A stretch of 64,000 nucleotides of DNA, taken from contig CAXXOU010000001.1 in NCBI GenBank assembly GCA_963677495.2, positions 448,001-512,000 on the forward strand, given 5' to 3'. Under the pieces are notes generated by a model, which was not told where the DNA came from, searched no databases, and saw only the letters and a program-made list of their open reading frames with translations. The DNA comes from Candidatus Cloacimonadales bacterium (lineage in GTDB: Bacteria > Cloacimonadota > Cloacimonadia > Cloacimonadales > JAFGVF01). Made by a program: the position numbers and the translations under genes. Of this stretch, positions 1-10,531 are shown one piece after another (position 1 is the stretch's first letter; each line of letters opens with the position of its first letter).

Positions 1-2
1 AT

Positions 3-464
3 ATTCTTGATAATCCGGAAAATCCATTCGCAAAGGCAAGCATCAGTATGGACAATGTATGGGAATTCAATGATGAAGCCCCATCTGCAATCTCAAGATT
101 CTATCTTTGGGGTACTATGCTTGCTAAGATTCCTATGGGTGAACACCAGTACTTTACTGCTAAATCACTGCATGAAATCTACACTGAAAGTGGAAGCATC
201 AATGCAAAAGAACAAACGAAGAAAGCTTATAGAGCACTTTTAGACCATTTCTACGACTCAGTAACGTGGTGGAATGCCTGGTGGATAGATGAAGATACTT
301 ACTATGCAGTTATCCTTCGTGATATGGTTGGCGAAGCTATGTATGACCCATCAGAGATGAATCTTATGCCATTGTATACTGACCCTGCCCTCGCACTTGC
401 TGATCTGAGTGAATGGGGATATGTATATGACTTTGAAGCTAATAAGTTAACAAAAAGGCAATAA
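3..464 (+). CDS. Hypothetical protein, 5'-truncated by the window edge
   Basis: Frame is open from base 3 (ILDNPENPFAKASISMDNVW...). The stop lies 1 nt before the GH16 ATG, suggesting one operon. Confidence 0.7.
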   Translation: MLDNPENPFAKASISMDNVWEFNDEAPSAISRFYLWGTMLAKIPMGEHQYFTAKSLHEIYTESGSINAKEQTKKAYRALLDHFYDSVTWWNAWWIDEDTYYAVILRDMVGEAMYDPSEMNLMPLYTDPALALADLSEWGYVYDFEANKLTKRQ

Positions 465-465
465 A

Positions 466-2250
466 ATGAATAGAATAATTATCCTCATATTTGCATTAAC
501 TCTAATATCCGGCTTAGCAGCCGAGATTGGTGATGTGATTTGGGAAGAGAACTTCAACAACCTCGAAAACTGGATTATCGAAACCGGTAATGGTTCTTGG
601 GGTTGGGGAAACGGTGAACTTGAGTGTTATTTAGAAGGTAATGTTGATATTACTGAGATTCCGGGAGAACCCGGTAACAATGCATTGAGAATTACAGCAC
701 GTCAAGAATCAGGCCCACATATTACTGACCAATGGGGTAATCCTTTGAACTACACATCAGGTAGATTGAATACTAAATCAAAAGTATCTATTCAATATGG
801 TGTAATTGAAGCAAGAGTCCTAATTCCGGATATTGATTTAGGTGGTTGGCCTGCTGTTTGGTTGCTTGGAACAAGTAATTATGGTTGGCCTCGTTGTGGT
901 GAAATTGATATGATGGAAATGGGGAGCAGACAAGCTTTCCGTAACCTGCATGATGCCCATAACGGAGGAAACAATCAAGATAATGCTAATGTAAATCAAG
1001 CTGTTGGAGCTAATGCAATCTTCTATCATGAAGATTCAATTACTCCTGAGAATCCTACCGGTGCAGCAAGTACATCATGGGATCCTAATGACGAGAATTG
1101 TCGTCCATATTATAGCTATGATCCTCCGTTAACAGGAAGGTTTATTACGTATAGAGCTTATTGGGATAATGCTAGCCTTCGTTTTACTGTGATAGATAAC
1201 GGAGTTGAGCATGATCTTTATGAAGAAGCACTATATTTTGATGAGCATTCAGCTGAGTTTCAAAACCCATTCTATTTGGTAACTAACTTTGCGATTGGTG
1301 GTTATTTCACAGATGCTCAAACTCTCGATGGTTCCGGAGCTCCTATTTCAATGTCATTCCCGGCTGAAATGTATGTTGATTATATTAAAGTTATGGAATG
1401 GAATGATATGGGGGAAGTTAATGTTGGACCTCCAACTTTCCAATATGACACTTTTGGTATTTTTACTGACCAAACAGAGACCTATAATAGTCTTCAAGTT
1501 GGCGTAGATGCAGAGATATATGTTTGGGAAGGTACATTGTCAGAAGGCTCCATTCCTCCTTATGAAGGTGAGAATGGTGTGACCTGGGCTACAACCGGAA
1601 CCGGATGGTTTGGTGCAGGAGTTATGTCTGCCCAGCCAACAAACTTGTTCAACTTTGGGGATGGACACCTCAAGTTCCATATCAATATCCCCGCAAACGT
1701 GACATTTAAGATTGGTATTATCGATGCCTGGGGGAATCAGTCATATGTTGATTTCCCAGCCCATCAGACAGTTTATGGTCTTGAACGGAACGGACAATGG
1801 GGTCAAGCAGCTATACCTGTAGAAGATATTCGAGGCGAGTTTATTGACCTTAGAATGCTTAGTTATGAGTTTGTTATACTCGAAGAATCCGGAATACAAT
1901 GCGAGTTTGCTATTGATAATATCTATTGGGATGGTGGGCTTGTTTCTAATGATGAAAACACAAACCCAATTGTGAACTTTGATTTGAAGCAAAACTATCC
2001 GAATCCATTTAATCCTACAACCACTATCTCATACAGTTTGGATAACACAAGCTATGTCGAGATAGAAATCTACAATCTTAAAGGACAGAAGATTAAGACG
2101 TTAGTGTCTAAAAGCCAAACAAAAGGCAGTCACTCTGTCGAATGGAACGGTAAAGATGTAAGTGAACACACAGTAAGTTCTGGTGTTTATTTCTATAAAT
2201 TGAATGTTAATAATCAATCTACTATGAAGAAGATGATTTTACTTAAATAA
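466..2250 (+). CDS. Secreted GH16 beta-glucanase (laminarinase-like) with CBM-like domain and FlgD-Ig/T9SS CTD
   Basis: Signal peptide; GWGNGELE, YTSGRL, WPAVW and the catalytic GEIDMME (ExDxxE) motif; C-terminal NYPNPFNP...KKMILLK. Confidence 0.9.
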   Translation: MNRIIILIFALTLISGLAAEIGDVIWEENFNNLENWIIETGNGSWGWGNGELECYLEGNVDITEIPGEPGNNALRITARQESGPHITDQWGNPLNYTSGRLNTKSKVSIQYGVIEARVLIPDIDLGGWPAVWLLGTSNYGWPRCGEIDMMEMGSRQAFRNLHDAHNGGNNQDNANVNQAVGANAIFYHEDSITPENPTGAASTSWDPNDENCRPYYSYDPPLTGRFITYRAYWDNASLRFTVIDNGVEHDLYEEALYFDEHSAEFQNPFYLVTNFAIGGYFTDAQTLDGSGAPISMSFPAEMYVDYIKVMEWNDMGEVNVGPPTFQYDTFGIFTDQTETYNSLQVGVDAEIYVWEGTLSEGSIPPYEGENGVTWATTGTGWFGAGVMSAQPTNLFNFGDGHLKFHINIPANVTFKIGIIDAWGNQSYVDFPAHQTVYGLERNGQWGQAAIPVEDIRGEFIDLRMLSYEFVILEESGIQCEFAIDNIYWDGGLVSNDENTNPIVNFDLKQNYPNPFNPTTTISYSLDNTSYVEIEIYNLKGQKIKTLVSKSQTKGSHSVEWNGKDVSEHTVSSGVYFYKLNVNNQSTMKKMILLK

Positions 2251-2259
2251 ACAATACAT

Positions 2260-2281
2260 GCCTGCTGAGATATCGGCAGGC
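2260..2281 (+). other. Intergenic hairpin (mRNA stabilising or processing stem)
   Basis: GCCTGCTGA-gata-TCGGCAGGC between co-directional genes, with no U-tract. Confidence 0.55.
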
Positions 2282-2312
2282 TTAACTCTATTAAGAACCC
2301 TTAGGAGGGAAC

Positions 2313-3680
2313 ATGAAAAAAACTAGTATATATTTATTGATTCTACTTGTAGCATTTGCAGTTAATGCTTTCGCTCAAAACGCACCAGTTGACTTTGAAG
2401 CCGGTGGACATGGAGCAAACTGGACTTGGGCAGTGTTTGAGAATGATTCAAACCCACCTTTAGAGATTATCCCTAATCCTGATGCAACAGGTGTTAATAC
2501 ATCATCTACTGTTGCACAGTTTACTGCTCTACAAGCAGGTCAACCTTGGGCAGGAACAGAATCTATGCATGGTACTGATATTGGTACTTATGATATTGAT
2601 TCTACTAATAGCACTATTACAATCATGGTTTGGAAACCTGTTATCAGCGACGTTGGTATTAAACTTGTTAAACCTGATGGTTGGGCTTTACCAGAGATCA
2701 AAATCTCTAATACTGTTACTAATGCTTGGGAAGAGATTACTTTTGATTTTTCATCACAGATTGGAGCAGGTTATGATCAAATAGTGATATTCCCTGATTT
2801 CGACTTGAATGGTAGAACTCAAGACAATGTTTGTTACTTTGATAATATCACTTTCTCAGGACAGGGAGCTTCTCCTGATGGACCTGCTACTCCTGCACCT
2901 ACACCAAATTATGCTGAAGCTAATGTTATCTCATTATTCAGCGATACTTATACTGATGTGAATATTGATACTTGGTCTGCTGATTGGGATGATGCTAATG
3001 TCGCAGAAGCACAAGTTGAAGGTAATAATATGAAGCTTTATACTGCTCTTAACTTTGCAGGTATTGAGTTTACTTCTCAACCACTTGATGTTAGTGGTAT
3101 GAACCACTTCCATATGGATTTCTGGACACCAGACCCAACAGCATTACCTGCTGTATTTAAAATCAAGTTAGTTGACTTTGGTGCTGATGGTGTTTGGGGT
3201 AATGATGATGTAGAGCATGAGCTTGAATTCACTGCACCTACTCTTGAAACAGAAAGCTGGGTAAGTTTTGATATTCCTCTTACAGATTTTGCAGGCTTAA
3301 CTACTACTGAACACATAGCTCAGCTAATCATCTCAGGTGATCCCAATACCGTTTATTTGGACAACATCTACTTCTTCGATGGTGTAGTGAGTAATGACAA
3401 TGTTATCAATTTGAATGTGGGTTCTCTTGGAAACAACTATCCAAATCCATTCAATCCTGTAACAAACATCAGTTACTCAATAACAGAACCTGGTCATGTA
3501 CGTTTGGATGTATTTAACCTGTTAGGTCAACATGTAGAAACACTTGTTGATAAACATCACTCAGCAAATTCATATACACATACATGGGATGCTAATGATA
3601 TTCAGTCCGGTGTTTACTTCTACAGAATGTCCGTTGATAATAAGACAATAGATACTAAGAAGATGATTCTTCTTAAATAG
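2313..3680 (+). CDS. Secreted carbohydrate-binding-type protein with two beta-sandwich modules and CTD
   Basis: RBS AGGAGG; signal peptide; PATPAPTP linker then VISLFSDTY module resembling those seen with beta-glucanases; no catalytic motif seen; CTD. Confidence 0.7.
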   Translation: MKKTSIYLLILLVAFAVNAFAQNAPVDFEAGGHGANWTWAVFENDSNPPLEIIPNPDATGVNTSSTVAQFTALQAGQPWAGTESMHGTDIGTYDIDSTNSTITIMVWKPVISDVGIKLVKPDGWALPEIKISNTVTNAWEEITFDFSSQIGAGYDQIVIFPDFDLNGRTQDNVCYFDNITFSGQGASPDGPATPAPTPNYAEANVISLFSDTYTDVNIDTWSADWDDANVAEAQVEGNNMKLYTALNFAGIEFTSQPLDVSGMNHFHMDFWTPDPTALPAVFKIKLVDFGADGVWGNDDVEHELEFTAPTLETESWVSFDIPLTDFAGLTTTEHIAQLIISGDPNTVYLDNIYFFDGVVSNDNVINLNVGSLGNNYPNPFNPVTNISYSITEPGHVRLDVFNLLGQHVETLVDKHHSANSYTHTWDANDIQSGVYFYRMSVDNKTIDTKKMILLK

Positions 3681-3698
3681 TTTAAATTACTAAACCCG

Positions 3699-3732
3699 AA
3701 AAGCCTACTGAGAGATCGGTTGGCTTTTTTTT
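3699..3732 (+). terminator. Rho-independent terminator
   Basis: AAGCCTACTGA-gaga-TCGGTTGGCTT followed by a T-tract. Confidence 0.8.
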
Positions 3733-3861
3733 AATTGAATAATCAAATAAGATAAACATACTAATCTTGACTGAAAATATACCTCTTTTATTGTAACATA
3801 ATGAAATATCCTTAGTTACTATTATTACTGTGAAGGCAAGAAGATTATCGGGAGAAATACT

Positions 3862-5976
3862 ATGAACGATTTGGCTGCAATAAATAAAAAAAAAGAGCGT
3901 TTTGACAGAGGAATTATTGATAAAAATCATGAGGTCATTATCTTAATTGGACAAGATTTAATCAAGTACTACCAAGAAGAAAACAGACTTGAAGAAAGTG
4001 TTTATTATGCGGAAACAATTCTACCGTATCTATCGAAACCGGGAAAAGAGGTTGAGTTAGCCGGATTGTTAAACTTCTTAGGAAAATACTATTGCCTTAA
4101 GGAAGAGTACAGTAAAGCTGAAGAGATCTTGTTAAAAGCACTTAGTATATGTCAAAAATTCGACCTTGAATTAGTAGCTGCTGAAGTGTATTGTGACTTA
4201 GGGCTCCTTTTTAGAAGCAAAGGTATATTAGATATTGCTGTTCAATACTTAACCAATTCTATTGATATCTTTAATAGCCATAAGAATGATAAATTGTTCA
4301 TCAATGACAGAAATTTTTTATTTAGCTACATAAATGCTATAGAAGCTTGTGGAATTATCTACAGCCAGTTAAAACAATATGAAGAATCTATAAGCTATTT
4401 TAAGGATGCATTAATACTTAAAGAGAAACATTTAGGTGAATCAGGAAAAATATCTGCACTCATGAATTTAGGAGCAACTTATAGCCATATAGATATTGAT
4501 AAAGCTGAAGAATATTATCTATTAGCATTAAAAGATATTAACAGTGCAACTCCTCCCCAACATAAAATTGTTTTATTGAATAATCTTGGAGGTTGTCTAG
4601 AAGATAAAAAGCAATATGATGAAGCCTTAAAATACTATCAAAAAGCTTTAAAACTGCTCAATGAGTCAGGACTAATTAGATATAAAGCACCAATATTGAA
4701 GCACATATCTTCAATTCATTATCTTCAGGGAAGATATGACCAAGCTTTAAAAGTAATTGAATATGGGCTCGAACTATCAGAGAAGTCTAAAATTACTTAT
4801 GAGATGAAGGATTGTTACAAGTTAATAAGTGATATTTATATAGCAAAAAATGACTTCAAAATTGCGATGAACTTTAGATCAAAGTATGATGAAATAAAAG
4901 ATGAGTTATATCAACAAGACTTAAGAACTCAGCTGTCTGCACTCCAAACTAAATACAAGAAATCAACAATAAATATAAGCAACCTGCGTAAGGAAAAGTC
5001 ATTAATATCAGAAGAACTCAAGAAAGCAATGAGTACTGACTTTATAGGAGAAAGTGATAGTATTAAAGAAGTTAGAAGGTTAGCAATAGAGGCAGCTGCG
5101 TATAAAGACACTCGGGTTTTAATAACCGGTGAAAGTGGCGTTGGTAAAGAGATTATTGCCAGACTGATTCACTATTCCGATACTATGAGAACGGGTCAAT
5201 TTATCGATGTTAATTGCTGTGCAATCCCTGATACTATGGCGGAAAGCGAGTTCTTCGGATTTGTAAAAGGAGCCTTTACAGGAGCGATCCAAAATAGAAC
5301 CGGATATTTTGAGCAGGCAGATAAAGGTTCATTATTCCTTGATGAAATAGGAGATATGCCCCTAATTTTACAAGCCAAACTCTTAAGAGTTTTAGAGACA
5401 AAAGAGATTAAGAAATTAGGTTCCAATAAATCTACTTCTGTCAGCTTTAGATTGATTTCAGCAACCAATAAAGATTTAGGTGAGCTTATCAAAAATAATA
5501 AGTTTAGGGGTGACTTGCTATTTAGAATAAATACTATTGAAATTAACATCCTCCCATTAAGAGAAAGAAAAGAGGATATCGAACCTCTACTAAATCATTT
5601 CCTGAAACAGTTCTCTTCTAAAATGAACAAACCTATACCTCTCTACCCGGATGATTTGATTGATTGCCTCCAAAGGTACCCATTCCCGGGAAATGTTAGA
5701 GAACTGAAAAATATGGTAGAACGAGCTCTAATATTTATAAAAGACAACCAAATATCTAAAGAAGACTTCACAAAGCAGATGCACTTCACGGGGAACAACG
5801 ACCACAAATCAAAAAAAGATAAATGCTATAGCATTAAAGATCTTGAATCTCAACTACTTCTTGATACTTTAGAAGAGTGTAATGGCAACCAAACTAAAGC
5901 TGCAAAAAAGATGGGTATCTCATATTCTACATTTAAAAGGAAATACAAGAAAATAAGAGAGAAAAGCTCTATATAG
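3862..5976 (+). CDS. Sigma54-dependent enhancer-binding protein with N-terminal TPR repeats
   Basis: TPR helices; Walker A GESGVGKE; GAFTGA; Walker B LFLDEIGD; YPFPGNVREL; Fis-type HTH (GNQTKAAKKMGIS). Confidence 0.92.
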   Translation: MNDLAAINKKKERFDRGIIDKNHEVIILIGQDLIKYYQEENRLEESVYYAETILPYLSKPGKEVELAGLLNFLGKYYCLKEEYSKAEEILLKALSICQKFDLELVAAEVYCDLGLLFRSKGILDIAVQYLTNSIDIFNSHKNDKLFINDRNFLFSYINAIEACGIIYSQLKQYEESISYFKDALILKEKHLGESGKISALMNLGATYSHIDIDKAEEYYLLALKDINSATPPQHKIVLLNNLGGCLEDKKQYDEALKYYQKALKLLNESGLIRYKAPILKHISSIHYLQGRYDQALKVIEYGLELSEKSKITYEMKDCYKLISDIYIAKNDFKIAMNFRSKYDEIKDELYQQDLRTQLSALQTKYKKSTINISNLRKEKSLISEELKKAMSTDFIGESDSIKEVRRLAIEAAAYKDTRVLITGESGVGKEIIARLIHYSDTMRTGQFIDVNCCAIPDTMAESEFFGFVKGAFTGAIQNRTGYFEQADKGSLFLDEIGDMPLILQAKLLRVLETKEIKKLGSNKSTSVSFRLISATNKDLGELIKNNKFRGDLLFRINTIEINILPLRERKEDIEPLLNHFLKQFSSKMNKPIPLYPDDLIDCLQRYPFPGNVRELKNMVERALIFIKDNQISKEDFTKQMHFTGNNDHKSKKDKCYSIKDLESQLLLDTLEECNGNQTKAAKKMGISYSTFKRKYKKIREKSSI

Positions 5977-5997
5977 CTGATAGAATTATCCATCGAA

Positions 5998-6044
5998 AGG
6001 CTCAATATGCAAGGTCATTTTGAGCCTGTAGTTCATTTTGAACC
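5998..6044 (+). promoter_or_regulatory. Candidate upstream activator sequence (tandem dyad sites)
   Basis: GGTCATTTTGAGCC (6013-6026) and GTTCA-TTT-TGAAC (6031-6043), plus AGGCTCAA (5998) inverted to TTGAGCCT. Located about 90-135 bp upstream of the -24/-12 box. Confidence 0.55.
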
Positions 6045-6132
6045 ATTAATTATTCAGCTCCCTCTTTGTAGTTGAGTCCCTAACTCGCTGCAAGCATTTC
6101 ATTTAACTGTTCCTCTTCAAGAACGCTCTATC

Positions 6133-6148
6133 TGGAACAAACAATGCA
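6133..6148 (+). promoter_or_regulatory. Sigma54 -24/-12 promoter
   Basis: TGGAAC-AAACA-ATGCA: GG(6134-5)-N10-GC(6146-7), directly downstream of a sigma54 activator gene. Confidence 0.65.
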
Positions 6149-6160
6149 CTTACTAAATGT

Positions 6161-6442
6161 ATGAATATTAGTAATGGAACTAAGAAGTTAGATGATTATT
6201 CTGATATGATTAAGCGTATAATCAATGTCAGTGAAATTGTGAAAATCAGCTGTGAAGGAAATGACAGCTATTGTTTCACTATAACACTCGAAAATCACAA
6301 TTGTGTTAATGTTGTTAGAGAAGTTACACAATCGACTGATACGAAAATATACGATGAAATTAATCACTACCGAGAATCAATATTGTCTGACCTTCAAAGC
6401 TCCCAAAGAAATAATCAAAAAATGAAGAGAGGTAATTTATGA
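6161..6442 (+). CDS. Small hypothetical protein (start uncertain)
   Basis: 93-aa ORF with an ATGA overlap with the next gene. Confidence 0.55.
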   Translation: MNISNGTKKLDDYSDMIKRIINVSEIVKISCEGNDSYCFTITLENHNCVNVVREVTQSTDTKIYDEINHYRESILSDLQSSQRNNQKMKRGNL

Positions 6443-8742
6443 AAAAACTCAGTCTTTTTGTTGTCATATTGTTAGCATTATCAATATGCTGGGCACAAAA
6501 TTCAGCATCTGCAACTTACTCATCAGGAGATGTACAATTGGTATATCACTGGGAAAATCCTACTCCTCCGTCTCCTTCCCAAACACCGTTGTCGTTAAAT
6601 GTTTCAGTTCCATTGGGTGCAAGAATAACATCGGTTGATGTCTCTTATGATATTAGAACTGATGTCCCAAATGGGGCGCAAAATACTCTTTCATATCTTG
6701 AATGTACAAGCGATGGGGGAACATATGAAACTTCAATGTCATCATCGAATAATGCATATTCTCCTGTTACTGTTCATTTTTCAAGAACAGGACTCAATAT
6801 CGCAAACAATGTAATAGGTGGTGGCGATATTTCATTTACTCTTCATCCCTTTGATGAACAAGGTGGCTGGTGTATTAGTTATGTTGCTAACAATAGTTTT
6901 ACAGTAACTGTTCATTATTCAGATTTGTTCGATTTAGGTGAATTTGTAGGCCAAGCTAATGGAGTTGGTGAAGTAATACTCAATTGGCAAAATAATAATA
7001 ATCCTGCAAACACTCTGATTGTTACAAATTCTGTTGAAGAATTTGTTGATCCGGTAGATGGTGTTGCATATTCCGTTGGTGACAACATCGGCACTGCAAC
7101 TGTATTATACTACGGAACAGATAATCAGTTTATTCATACCGGAGTTCAAGATATGACTAATTATTATTATAAAGCTTGGGCAACTAACAGCACATTAGAT
7201 TACACAACCGGAATTAGTAGAAAAGTTACAACAGCAGGGAATACTGTCTTCCCGATAATTGAGGATTTTGAGTCCGGGATACCGGCAACTTGGTCTAATA
7301 CAGGAATGGGACCGATACCGAGTTTTAATGCTATATGGAGCATATCTCAAAGTTATAGCGGTGTTACTCCCCAGAGTGGATCATCAATGTGTATGTTGGC
7401 TAAGCTATTATCTTCATTCTCAGCTCAAGCTGAGTTAGCTACAAATGCTTTATATTTCCCTGATAGGAAATACTCCCTTTCATTGTGGGTTTACAGGAAT
7501 AGCATTAATTATATGTACGATAAGTTAGAAATCTATGTGAATAGCACAGAATCTACTGAAGGAGCAGTACTAATAGATACAATCTGTCCACACTTTGCAT
7601 ATTCACCTTCGGAAGCAACAACCGGATGGTACAATTATACTTATGATTTATCTGAGTTTGGTGTTGGTTCAGGCAGTGTTAATCATATTATATTCTCAGG
7701 TACTATTGGTACTAGAGCTAACGGTGCAATACTAATTGATCATATGAAGATAGAACATCAACCTGACTTCCCTGAAAATGCCAGTACAGAATTTAACGGT
7801 GTGGAGCTTGAACCTACAGTAAATCTTTATCTTGATGACTCTATCGATGAGTCACATCCTCTGATTACAAGTTTACCTAATTATGACAATACAGGTGAAA
7901 GAAGGGTTATTGGTTTAACTGGATTTGATAATAATGTGGATATTCAAGCTATTGCACCAGCAGGGAATTGGTATGGAAATATATATCATAACGGGATATG
8001 GCATCCGGCTTCCCCATCTTTTATCTCTGAAGATGATGTTGACAGAGTTTTCACTTTCACAGGTATTGATTTTGCTGCAAAAGATGGTGAAGTAATCATT
8101 CTCCTAAATAATGGAGAATCAGCCACACTCCCTGTTACACTTTCCTCATTTAATGCTGTCATTACTTCTGAGAATTATGCTCAATTGAATTGGTCTACAG
8201 CTTCTGAATCAGATCTTATTGGTTACAATGTCTTAAGGGCTACATCTGATGAACCAAGTTTAGCTAATATTGTTAATCAAAGTATAATAATAGCTACTAA
8301 TTCACCAACAGGTGCTGACTATAGCTTTATAGATAGTGAAGTTCAAGAAGAAACTTACTATTACTGGCTTGAAAGTTATGAGATTAGTGGTGAGACTAAT
8401 CTTTATGGCCCTGTTACACTTACAATAGATATTGATGATGAGGATGATGGGAATGCAAATGAAGTCTTGAAAACAACGACTCTTCAATCTGCCTATCCTA
8501 ATCCATTTAATCCTGAAACTACTATCAAGTTCAGTGTAAGAGACAATGAACAAGCTACTTTAACTATCTTCAACTTGAAAGGCCAAGTGATGAAAACATA
8601 TGATACTTATCAAGCAGGAGATCACTCAGTTGTCTGGGATGGTAAGAACAACAGTAATCAAGAAGTACCATCTGGACTATATTTCTATCGATTGAAATCA
8701 CCAAGTTATAACAAAACCAATAAAATGGTATTAATGAAATAA
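6439..8742 (+). CDS. Secreted multidomain surface protein (FN3-like, adhesin-like jelly roll, CTD)
   Basis: Signal peptide; TLPVTLSSF...LNWSTASE motif preceding the CTD; AYPNPFNP...KMVLMK. Confidence 0.8.
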   Translation: MKKLSLFVVILLALSICWAQNSASATYSSGDVQLVYHWENPTPPSPSQTPLSLNVSVPLGARITSVDVSYDIRTDVPNGAQNTLSYLECTSDGGTYETSMSSSNNAYSPVTVHFSRTGLNIANNVIGGGDISFTLHPFDEQGGWCISYVANNSFTVTVHYSDLFDLGEFVGQANGVGEVILNWQNNNNPANTLIVTNSVEEFVDPVDGVAYSVGDNIGTATVLYYGTDNQFIHTGVQDMTNYYYKAWATNSTLDYTTGISRKVTTAGNTVFPIIEDFESGIPATWSNTGMGPIPSFNAIWSISQSYSGVTPQSGSSMCMLAKLLSSFSAQAELATNALYFPDRKYSLSLWVYRNSINYMYDKLEIYVNSTESTEGAVLIDTICPHFAYSPSEATTGWYNYTYDLSEFGVGSGSVNHIIFSGTIGTRANGAILIDHMKIEHQPDFPENASTEFNGVELEPTVNLYLDDSIDESHPLITSLPNYDNTGERRVIGLTGFDNNVDIQAIAPAGNWYGNIYHNGIWHPASPSFISEDDVDRVFTFTGIDFAAKDGEVIILLNNGESATLPVTLSSFNAVITSENYAQLNWSTASESDLIGYNVLRATSDEPSLANIVNQSIIIATNSPTGADYSFIDSEVQEETYYYWLESYEISGETNLYGPVTLTIDIDDEDDGNANEVLKTTTLQSAYPNPFNPETTIKFSVRDNEQATLTIFNLKGQVMKTYDTYQAGDHSVVWDGKNNSNQEVPSGLYFYRLKSPSYNKTNKMVLMK

Positions 8743-8761
8743 TTTTTTACCCTCTAATATC

Positions 8762-8793
8762 AAAAGCGGAGATCGAAAAGTCTCCGCTTTTTT
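8762..8793 (+). terminator. Rho-independent terminator
   Basis: AAAAGCGGAGA-tcgaaaag-TCTCCGCTTTTTT. Confidence 0.85.
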
Positions 8794-8860
8794 GCAACCT
8801 TTACATCTTTTCTCGTGTATGTAATTATGAAAGCGTTTTCGTATTAACACTTATGGAGGA

Positions 8861-9976
8861 ATGATGAAACATCTTCTGATTATATTTTTACTGTGTGTAA
8901 TAGGCGTGTTATCTGCCTTGCAACCGATACCACCACTTGCTAAGGTTCACTATGAAACTGAATGGTATGAGCAGAGGGCTAAAGAGTGGCAGAAAGAGAC
9001 AAAGAAGAGTCCTGATAATGCGGAAGCGTGGATTAACTATTACAGAGCTACCAGATATGCTATCAAGTATAAAAAACAGCTTAAAGGTGACCCACTTCTC
9101 GACATCATTAATCAGATGGAGAAGCATATCCCTGAAACTTTCGAATACTACTATGCCAGATATGAGCATAAGAACAGTGTGGAAGATGCTAAGTACCTAT
9201 GGAAAGCTCTTAAACTTAGACCTGATACAGCAGAACTTCTTTATGATGCTATTGCTACTTATGCTAAAAAGGGACAGACAAAGAAGTTCAGTGATGCTTG
9301 CATCAAGCTTTATTACTCAAAAGACATATTCAACTCGCTTCTCAACTTCAACTATAACATGTTAGTCTCTGTTGAGCAAGATGGTATTCTCCTGACTCAT
9401 GGAGATAACGATACTTATCCGGCTTGGGTACTTCAAGAAGCAAAAGATATCAGGAAAGATGTAACTATTTTGAACATCTCTCTCTGCTATAGCCCGGATT
9501 ACTTGAATTATTGGATGAAGAGACTGGGGGCTCCAAAGCTTGAACAGTATCGGGTTGTTAGTGACCTGGTAAAACACTTAAACAAGCATCTCCCCAAACG
9601 CAACATATACATTGCATCAACAATGGGTGAAGCTAAGATCAAGGATATTAGTGATAAATTCTATAATATAGGGATTGTAAGTCAATATTCAGATACCCGA
9701 TTTGATAACATTGCCCTTCTGAAACTGAACTTAGAAGAGAACTACAGAATGGATTATCTTGATAACAACTGGTATACAGAGAATCACATCTCCGATGCAA
9801 CAGTAAAAAGAGCTATTAATATAAACTACATTCCGGCAATAATTATGCTGAGTGATCATTACAAGCTTAGCAAAGATGAGCATAAAGCACAGAACTGGTT
9901 GAATCTTGCTAAGAACATAGCTGAGAATTCCGGTAACAAGCAAATAATAGAGTATTTGCAAAGAAGGGATAAGTAA
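8861..9976 (+). CDS. Exported helical protein with a DUF2723-like C-terminal motif
   Basis: Signal peptide; TPR-like N-terminal half; ILLTHGDNDTYPAW motif; first gene of the ECF operon. Confidence 0.65.
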   Translation: MMKHLLIIFLLCVIGVLSALQPIPPLAKVHYETEWYEQRAKEWQKETKKSPDNAEAWINYYRATRYAIKYKKQLKGDPLLDIINQMEKHIPETFEYYYARYEHKNSVEDAKYLWKALKLRPDTAELLYDAIATYAKKGQTKKFSDACIKLYYSKDIFNSLLNFNYNMLVSVEQDGILLTHGDNDTYPAWVLQEAKDIRKDVTILNISLCYSPDYLNYWMKRLGAPKLEQYRVVSDLVKHLNKHLPKRNIYIASTMGEAKIKDISDKFYNIGIVSQYSDTRFDNIALLKLNLEENYRMDYLDNNWYTENHISDATVKRAININYIPAIIMLSDHYKLSKDEHKAQNWLNLAKNIAENSGNKQIIEYLQRRDK

Positions 9977-9982
9977 CAGCGA

Positions 9983-10531
9983 ATGTTCAACTCCCGAAGT
10001 GATGAAAGACTCATGCAGAAAGTCGCTTCTAGAAACGAAGCAGCCTTCAAGAAACTCTACTATCGCTACTCTGACAGATGGTTTAACTTCTTCAAAAGCA
10101 GTATGTTTGGTAATAGTGAGACTGCAAACGACCTTCTTCAAGAGCTCTGCATCAGAATTGTAACAAAAGCTTCTTCGTTTGACCATACCCGTAACTTCCG
10201 GGTGTGGTCATTCTCCATAGCCAGAAACATAGTTAAGAATGAGATTCGAAAGAACAGTAGCTATTCAAAACTTCAAGAGAAGTATAAACGTTTAGCTCCC
10301 GCTCAAATCACCGAGGTACCGCATGATATGACCAACATTAAATCAATAATCAATACTCTTAACCAAGATGATAGAGAGCTATTCTATCTGCGTTTTGGTG
10401 AAGAGTTAAAGCTTAAAGAGATTGCCGAGATACAAGCCCAACCTTTGGGAACAGTTAAATCAAGAATGAGTAGAATGATGAAGAAGCTAGCAGATAAGCT
10501 AAACTCCAATGGAGGTAGATATGAAGTGTAA
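9983..10531 (+). CDS. ECF-type sigma-70 factor
   Basis: Region 2 DLLQE...FRVWSFSIARN; region 4 LKEIAEIQAQPLGTVKSRMSR. Confidence 0.92.
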   Translation: MFNSRSDERLMQKVASRNEAAFKKLYYRYSDRWFNFFKSSMFGNSETANDLLQELCIRIVTKASSFDHTRNFRVWSFSIARNIVKNEIRKNSSYSKLQEKYKRLAPAQITEVPHDMTNIKSIINTLNQDDRELFYLRFGEELKLKEIAEIQAQPLGTVKSRMSRMMKKLADKLNSNGGRYEV

